Source: a virus
Length of the DNA: 23,130 nt
Virus genome (UHGV): UHGV-0077013
Direction: 5' to 3' (one strand)
Positions 18,312 to 23,130 of the stretch are shown one piece after another (the stretch's first letter is position 1; every line of letters begins with the position of its first letter). The notes under the pieces are model-generated. The model worked only from the letters and a program-made list of their open reading frames with translations. It searched no databases and was not told where the DNA came from. The position numbers were made by a program, and so were the translations under genes.

Positions 18312-18495
18312 GTGCGCCCCCTGTGCGAATACGTCCGGCAAAAAAGCAAACGTGATCCCGCGCCAGAATGCGGCGGGCTTCCTGCTCAGTCTCTGCGGCG
18401 ATATGGTGAATTTTGACGGTAATTGTCGGCATATCGCGGCGAACTGCGGCGATAATCCAGATAAATTGCGGTTTTTGGGTAGGGGTAGTAGCCAT
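18304..18495 (-). CDS. Hypothetical small early protein
   Basis: Strong CAGGAGG Shine-Dalgarno 8 nt before the ATG at 18493-18495 (MATTPTQKPQFIWIIAAVRR...). The longer 119-aa track ORF is probably an over-extension. Confidence 0.5.
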   Translation of the reverse strand: MATTPTQKPQFIWIIAAVRRDMPTITVKIHHIAAETEQEARRILARDHVCFFAGRIRTGGAHA

Positions 18496-18653
18496 TATGG
18501 CAGCCTCCTGTAACTGGGATTTATTCCCACCACCGGAAACGCCAATTTCACTGGTGGTGAGCTGAACAGGGTTGGCGTAACCGGCGTTACAGGAAACCGG
18601 CGCGGATCGCTCCGCCCCCATCCAGCCCACCATTACTTTTTGAGCAATATGGG

Positions 18654-19253
18654 CTATAGCCATATCGCTGGGAAAGAGGTGTGCAGATGCGAGGACACAA
18701 AAAAGACGCTCGGCGCGTCATGTGTCGCCTGTAACATTATCAGGACGCCAATCCCGGCACCAGATTTTGCTGGTGCGCTATAACCATAAACCGGGTTGGC
18801 GATAGTCGGCAAGCCCTTTTTTATGGACTCCAGAAACTCACCTTCGCGCGTGCGCGTACTGTTGCATAAATTCCCTGCATCTAGTGGTGATGTCAGAAAA
18901 ATCTTCCCGCCTCGTGTAGTGATGATGGGAAAATCTTCCTCGCGTAGTGACCCCCAATAAATCTTCGTGCGCGTACTGGTCTCGAAACTCTCCTCGTCAC
19001 CACGACGAGAAAATGAGGAGCTGGCATTAGCTGGCACTGTTATGCCAGCTTCGCATTCATGCGCGTGCGTACTTGTCCCGAAAACACCAAGATTTGTAAA
19101 GATCTGGCGGTGGCAAATGTCAGGTTTTGACAGGTTCCAAACGTCGCTATTTGTCGCAATCTGGCGGCGGGCTGCTTTGCTCCAGACGTTAACATTTGCA
19201 TACATCAGGCCAGCCAGGGGAAAGGCTTTATTCTGGATGGCGGCATTAAGCAT
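18654..19253 (-). CDS. Questionable ORF spanning the repeat-dense region
   Basis: 199 codons; the ATG at 19251-19253 overlaps the antirepressor stop (CATGCTTAA). The translation is low-complexity and the DNA is full of direct repeats and hairpins, so it may be non-coding or encode only a short N-terminal peptide. Confidence 0.2.
   Translation of the reverse strand: MLNAAIQNKAFPLAGLMYANVNVWSKAARRQIATNSDVWNLSKPDICHRQIFTNLGVFGTSTHAHECEAGITVPANASSSFSRRGDEESFETSTRTKIYWGSLREEDFPIITTRGGKIFLTSPLDAGNLCNSTRTREGEFLESIKKGLPTIANPVYGYSAPAKSGAGIGVLIMLQATHDAPSVFFVSSHLHTSFPAIWL
18846..19171. repeat. Repeat-dense region between the antirepressor gene and the small early genes
   Basis: Three degenerate tandem units (AAATCTTC...CGYGTAGTGA) at 18897, 18930 and 18958. 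GTGCGCGTACT-type cores at 18850, 18966 and 19063. A 23-bp direct repeat ATTTGTxxxxATCTGGCGGxGG at 19092-19114 and 19149-19171. Hairpins at 19028-19049 and 18993-19009. Confidence 0.5.
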
Positions 19254-20079
19254 GATTAGCCCCCAGATGTTTAGCTAACCAGCGCTGAGAGAGGCGGATT
19301 AGCTCGGCTTTACGCAGGTCATATCCCATACCCATATCAATCAGCGTAATGTTGGTACTCTCCAGGTAGGCGAGGTGTTCCAGTTGCCCTGCGTTCATGC
19401 TGTCCCGTGGTTCGCCAGTAATGTCATTTGCCTGCGCCCACTGCTTCGCCGTCATGCCACCCAGCACGATACGGGCGATCATGTTGCTCTCGTTGCTGTA
19501 GTGGCGAGCCTGCGTCTGTTTACCCTGTTCTGCGCGGGCGCTTTCCAGCGCTACGCACATCGGTTTAAACAGGTTGGCGGCACTGATACGGGCTTTTAGC
19601 TGGCGACGATAGCGGGCGGCGATTTCAGGCACGCTACGCTGTAATTCTTCCTCGCACTGGATGAAATAACGGCGGATAGCGCGGCCCTGTTCAGTGCGTT
19701 CGATCATTGCCAGTTCTTTCGCCATTCCGACACTTAACAGATAGTCTTTGCCGGGTCTGCCAGAGTGCTTAATCTTGCTGTAAGCCGCGCCATTCGGGCT
19801 TTTCCCCAGATTTGGGGAAATTGTTTTATGGACTGAGTAATCGTGCCCAATGGTGAAGTCATATTCAGAGATGCGATCAGTGATCCATGTAGAGAAGTCT
19901 TTTCCCACGCCCAACGCTTTGTGTAACGCTTTTGCGCTAACAATATTGGTTTCACGCCCACCGATATGACCAGGAATAACCGGGACAATTGTGGCAAATT
20001 CATTACCGTTAATTGTTCCCTGATAGGCGTTCAGATGAGGGGCGGCCTCAGAAATTAATCTGCTTTTTTCGATGTTCAT
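19246..20079 (-). CDS. Antirepressor (AntA-like N-terminal and KilA-C/ANT-like C-terminal domains)
   Basis: 277 aa. ...KDFSTWITDRISEYDFTIGHDY... resembles the AntA domain and ...LSVGMAKELAMIERTEQGRAIRRYFIQCEE... the KilA-C/ANT domain. Confidence 0.7.
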   Translation of the reverse strand: MNIEKSRLISEAAPHLNAYQGTINGNEFATIVPVIPGHIGGRETNIVSAKALHKALGVGKDFSTWITDRISEYDFTIGHDYSVHKTISPNLGKSPNGAAYSKIKHSGRPGKDYLLSVGMAKELAMIERTEQGRAIRRYFIQCEEELQRSVPEIAARYRRQLKARISAANLFKPMCVALESARAEQGKQTQARHYSNESNMIARIVLGGMTAKQWAQANDITGEPRDSMNAGQLEHLAYLESTNITLIDMGMGYDLRKAELIRLSQRWLAKHLGANHA

Positions 20080-20091
20080 TTTCAGTCTCCG

Positions 20092-20526
20092 TTAGGCGGC
20101 GGTGAGATTGTCCGGGTATAGGTTGAGAATGTCGGCAATTTCAGGCTGAGAAAGTCCCTGATAGCCGCCAGCGTCGGCGTTATGGTTCACAAGCCGAATA
20201 ACTTTTAGAACGTCACCGCGCCCGGTAAAGCGATAGCGTAAATGTGACCCTATCCCGTCGGGGTTCTTTTCGTCTATACGCTCAAGCTGAATATCAAGCC
20301 TGCGCTCTAACTCGCTGGCGTAGTTCCTTCCAGATGAAAGGCGGCAATATTGCAGAATGTCATTTTCTGTCCATCCCTCTATACCAGTACGCAGCATATA
20401 GACGCGGGCGCGGTGTTTCTTTGGGGTACGCTTAGGTACTTGTACCGGGCTGGTGGTCGGCGTAATATCAGACGTGCGAATATCTGAGTTAGCCGCCTGC
20501 TGTACGGGGCGGTTTTTCTTTTTCAT
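20092..20526 (-). CDS. Hypothetical protein with basic N-terminus
   Basis: 144-aa ORF whose start overlaps the alpA-like stop (TAATG). Confidence 0.5.
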   Translation of the reverse strand: MKKKNRPVQQAANSDIRTSDITPTTSPVQVPKRTPKKHRARVYMLRTGIEGWTENDILQYCRLSSGRNYASELERRLDIQLERIDEKNPDGIGSHLRYRFTGRGDVLKVIRLVNHNADAGGYQGLSQPEIADILNLYPDNLTAA

Positions 20527-20744
20527 TACGCCACCTTTCCCCGGCGCTCCGCCAGCCAGTTGTGAATCTCAACCGCATCAAACGCAGTCACGTTATCTGT
20601 TAGCTTCACTGGGCGTGGAAGAGTGCCATTTTTAACCCATCTATCAATAGTAGGCAGTGAAACACCTAGCAATTCCGGCATGCGAAAGCGACGGATGTAT
20701 CCAGTTGTTGGGATAGCTGATGATGCTGGCTTGTGTGCTGTCAT
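20526..20744 (-). CDS. alpA: AlpA-family transcriptional regulator / excisionase-like protein
   Basis: 72 aa with a helix-turn-helix pattern ...MPELLGVSLPTIDRWVKNGTLPRPVKL...AFDAVEIHNWLAERR, typical of the AlpA family. Confidence 0.75.
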   Translation of the reverse strand: MTAHKPASSAIPTTGYIRRFRMPELLGVSLPTIDRWVKNGTLPRPVKLTDNVTAFDAVEIHNWLAERRGKVA

Positions 20745-20825
20745 ATCTCTAGTAACCTCTCTGATAGCTCATGAAGTTACTTAAAGTTTAGTGGTTGCCC
20801 ATACAGTATTTCTATTAAGACTAGA

Positions 20826-20877
20826 ATCTATTGAAAGAAATTATAAATCTATTGAAAAAATACTGATCCACTGAAAG
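20826..20877. promoter_or_regulatory. Three direct repeats (ATCYAYTGAAA) about 80-130 bp upstream of alpA: candidate operator/promoter element
   Basis: atctattgaaag at 20826-20837, atctattgaaaa at 20847-20858 and atccactgaaag at 20866-20877, spaced about 20 bp apart in a very AT-rich intergenic region. Confidence 0.35.
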
Positions 20878-21214
20878 ATTGCAAATGCAGGTGGGATAAT
20901 TATTTTCTTTATTTTCAATTAGTTACCAGTTTAAAAAATCATTGTTTTATCAAAGAGTTATATCTTTCATCGTCATTCATCATGTTTTTACATTTCCTTT
21001 TATCTTTTATTATTCAATTGGTTGAGTCGGTTTATAATGGCTCATGATGGCTTAAAATGCTAATGATAGCTGGCGTATCTTTTAGAGATGGGGTGATTAC
21101 AGATGAACTAAGCCGAACAGATATAGCAATGGCTAGGCATAGAATTATCTATGCTGGTGGAGATGGGTAAACAGGTAATGCCCCGCCATTGCTTTGGAGG
21201 GGCGTGAAAAGTGA

Positions 21215-21865
21215 TTAGTCGAGATCGTGGACAGCTAATAAAGCCCGTGAGATTTTTTCTAGGAATGTGGCTTTTGCTATTCCTTTATGGGATATCCCTT
21301 CATCCTTGATTAAGGTTTCTATGTCACGGTATATAGCTGTGCGATTAGGTTTCCCATTTTGGGTGTAGGAAGATGAGCCTGATTTTTTTATCAGCAGATG
21401 TACTATCAACCCCATCATTTTCATTGTCCCGTTTTCCTCATCCTGCTTTCTATGCTGCCCACGTCCGCTGCGGTTGGTTTCTTTGATGTAGTTTACTAAC
21501 TGGAGTCCTCCAAGGTTTCGGGCTTTTTCTTCCCAGCCCTTGGTGCCACGCAAATCATCAATCGCTTCTGATATTTTCTGAACAATTATTTCTGGTGTAT
21601 TTGTGTCAATAAATGGGTAAGAAGCTAAGAAAATATCAAGGGCATGGCAAGGCTCGTCTTTACTAGTTTTTTCACCTCTGTACACCTTGATAGCTCTGGC
21701 AAGATGAGTTCTGACAAAATCGACATATTCGAAATTTTCCTCAGGCACATCGCTAATGCGCATAGATGGGTTTAGGCCAGCCAAGGCCACAGCCATTTCA
21801 TGAGGGGTAATCGATACAGATGAACAAAGCCGTTCGATTGGCGATTTTCTCAAGATGTTGTTCAC
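21215..21865 (-). CDS. Hypothetical low-GC cargo protein translationally coupled to the integrase
   Basis: 216-aa ORF with a GTG start at 21863-21865 overlapping the int stop (ATGTGA) and a GGAGG Shine-Dalgarno 5 nt upstream. A spot count gives about 38% GC. No recognisable domain. Confidence 0.55.
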   Translation of the reverse strand: MNNILRKSPIERLCSSVSITPHEMAVALAGLNPSMRISDVPEENFEYVDFVRTHLARAIKVYRGEKTSKDEPCHALDIFLASYPFIDTNTPEIIVQKISEAIDDLRGTKGWEEKARNLGGLQLVNYIKETNRSGRGQHRKQDEENGTMKMMGLIVHLLIKKSGSSSYTQNGKPNRTAIYRDIETLIKDEGISHKGIAKATFLEKISRALLAVHDLD

Positions 21866-23130
21866 ATTTGCCTCCGGGCTTTATCGAATGGCGTTACGTT
21901 GTAGTCTTTTCCGCTTTCCAGTGCCACCAGCAAATCACACCACTGCGCCAGCGCCGCTTTACGCTCATCAAAATACTGGTGACGGTTATAGATACCTTCC
22001 ACGCCTTTAATTTTGTGGTTGAGGCATCTTTCAGCCACTACGGGATCAACGCCCAGCGCGGCTAAATGGGTGCGGGCTGTGCGCCGGAAGTCGTGAATCG
22101 TGAAATTAGGCACATCCGGCATTTCAGCGCGAACCTTAGCCAGTGCTACGGGTAAAGTGCTTTCCTGAATATGTGGGATCATTCTGTTTTGCATCTTTCT
22201 GGCTGGCAGTACCCATGCGCTGTTGCATGAGAACGTTTTAAGCTCTCTCAGCCATTCGACGGCTGGCGGTGCTAATGGGATGTCTATAGCGTCGCCGTTT
22301 TTACTGCGTTCTTCTGGTAAGTGCCAGATGCCTTTGTCCAGGTCGAACTCCTCCCAGCGGGCGGCGCATAACTCCATTTTGCGGACGCATAACGCTAACA
22401 GTAATTTGAACGTGATTTCGTTCTGGCGACTGAATCCCTTAGCTGTGCGCATAGCCTGAAACAGTCGGATTAGTTCGCCACGTGTTAACCAGCGGTCGCG
22501 GGAAACTTCTTTCCCTCCGGCGTCTGCCACCTCAAAGGCTGAACACGGGTTAATCTCCAGTGCGTGCCGCTTAATGCCGTAGTCAAATATGCGGCGTGTC
22601 CAGCGCAGAACGTCCGTTGCTATGGTCGGCGCTCCACGGTCAACAATACTTTTCAGCATGTCGTCGATATGGCGCGGCTTCACGTCCTCCACCTTCATGC
22701 TGCCAATGCATGGGTTTATATCTTTGTCGATACGGCGGCGGAGTATATCGGGGTGCTTCCAGCGCGGGAGGATCTGACGCTCAAAGTATTCAGCGGCAAG
22801 CTCTGAAACGCGCATAGCGTTCTTCTCTGCTTCCATCTTCGCCAGTGCTTCGGTTTTGCGCTTCTGCTTCTCTCCTGCAACGTCATAGCCCAACGCAACG
22901 CGAGCCGATAGCTCTTTGGCTGTCTCTCTGGCCTTTGATAGTGATAGCTCGGCATATGAGCCGATAACCATTGCTCGCTGCTTACCTGCGAATTTATAGC
23001 GAAAGCGCCAGAAAGGGACTGTGTAGTTTTTGGGGTAGCAAATATAAAGGCCGTTGCCATCGGCCCTTCCTTCAAATCTATCTCCGGCCTTTATCCATGC
23101 GCGGATCTGCATGTCTGTAATCTTTGGCAT
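21862..23130 (-). CDS. int: Tyrosine integrase, P4-like
   Basis: 422 aa with an arm-binding-type N-terminus (MPKITDMQIRAWIKAGDRF...) and a C-terminal catalytic region (HDFRRTARTHLAALG...GIYNRHQY). The ATG is the last triplet of the window. Confidence 0.92.
   Translation of the reverse strand: MPKITDMQIRAWIKAGDRFEGRADGNGLYICYPKNYTVPFWRFRYKFAGKQRAMVIGSYAELSLSKARETAKELSARVALGYDVAGEKQKRKTEALAKMEAEKNAMRVSELAAEYFERQILPRWKHPDILRRRIDKDINPCIGSMKVEDVKPRHIDDMLKSIVDRGAPTIATDVLRWTRRIFDYGIKRHALEINPCSAFEVADAGGKEVSRDRWLTRGELIRLFQAMRTAKGFSRQNEITFKLLLALCVRKMELCAARWEEFDLDKGIWHLPEERSKNGDAIDIPLAPPAVEWLRELKTFSCNSAWVLPARKMQNRMIPHIQESTLPVALAKVRAEMPDVPNFTIHDFRRTARTHLAALGVDPVVAERCLNHKIKGVEGIYNRHQYFDERKAALAQWCDLLVALESGKDYNVTPFDKARRQM

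Noticed and set aside
18897-18988. Possible CRISPR-like array suggested by the tandem ~30-bp units
   Set aside because: The units are degenerate, there are only about three, no unique spacers of regular length separate them, and no cas genes are present. Better described as a binding-site or regulatory repeat array.
20745-21214. Repressor or other protein-coding gene in the AT-rich region between alpA and the low-GC gene
   Set aside because: Only very short ORFs (about 21 codons or fewer) occur on either strand, with no convincing ribosome-binding sites. The region is more likely promoter/operator DNA or a small-RNA locus.
1-23130. tRNA genes, attachment-site repeats, lysis cassette, transposases or insertion sequences
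   Set aside because: None could be recognised by eye in this window. The integrase start is at the window edge, so attP/attL and any target tRNA are expected just outside.

Overview
The window reads as a single prophage segment with every supported gene on the minus strand. From right to left: a P4-type tyrosine integrase at the window edge (attachment site presumably beyond 23130), a low-GC cargo gene coupled to it, an AT-rich non-coding stretch, an AlpA-like regulator, an AntA/KilAC-type antirepressor, a repeat-dense region, a run of tightly coupled small early genes, a P4-alpha-like primase/helicase followed by an iteron-rich origin-like region, SSB, a PerC-like regulator, then a cos-type packaging and HK97-like head module, a contractile tail module (sheath, tube, frameshifted chaperone, tape measure) and a low-GC lipoprotein. 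No rRNA, tRNA, CRISPR array, transposase, repressor or lysis cassette was recognised. All protein calls rest on motif recognition from the translations and on operon architecture, not on database searches. The most interesting signals are the iteron array at 13888-14136, a ~27-nt motif shared between the early-region repeats (around 19061) and the late-operon leader (12714), the repeat-dense block at 18846-19171, and the two AT-rich cargo genes at the ends (1-678 and 21215-21865).
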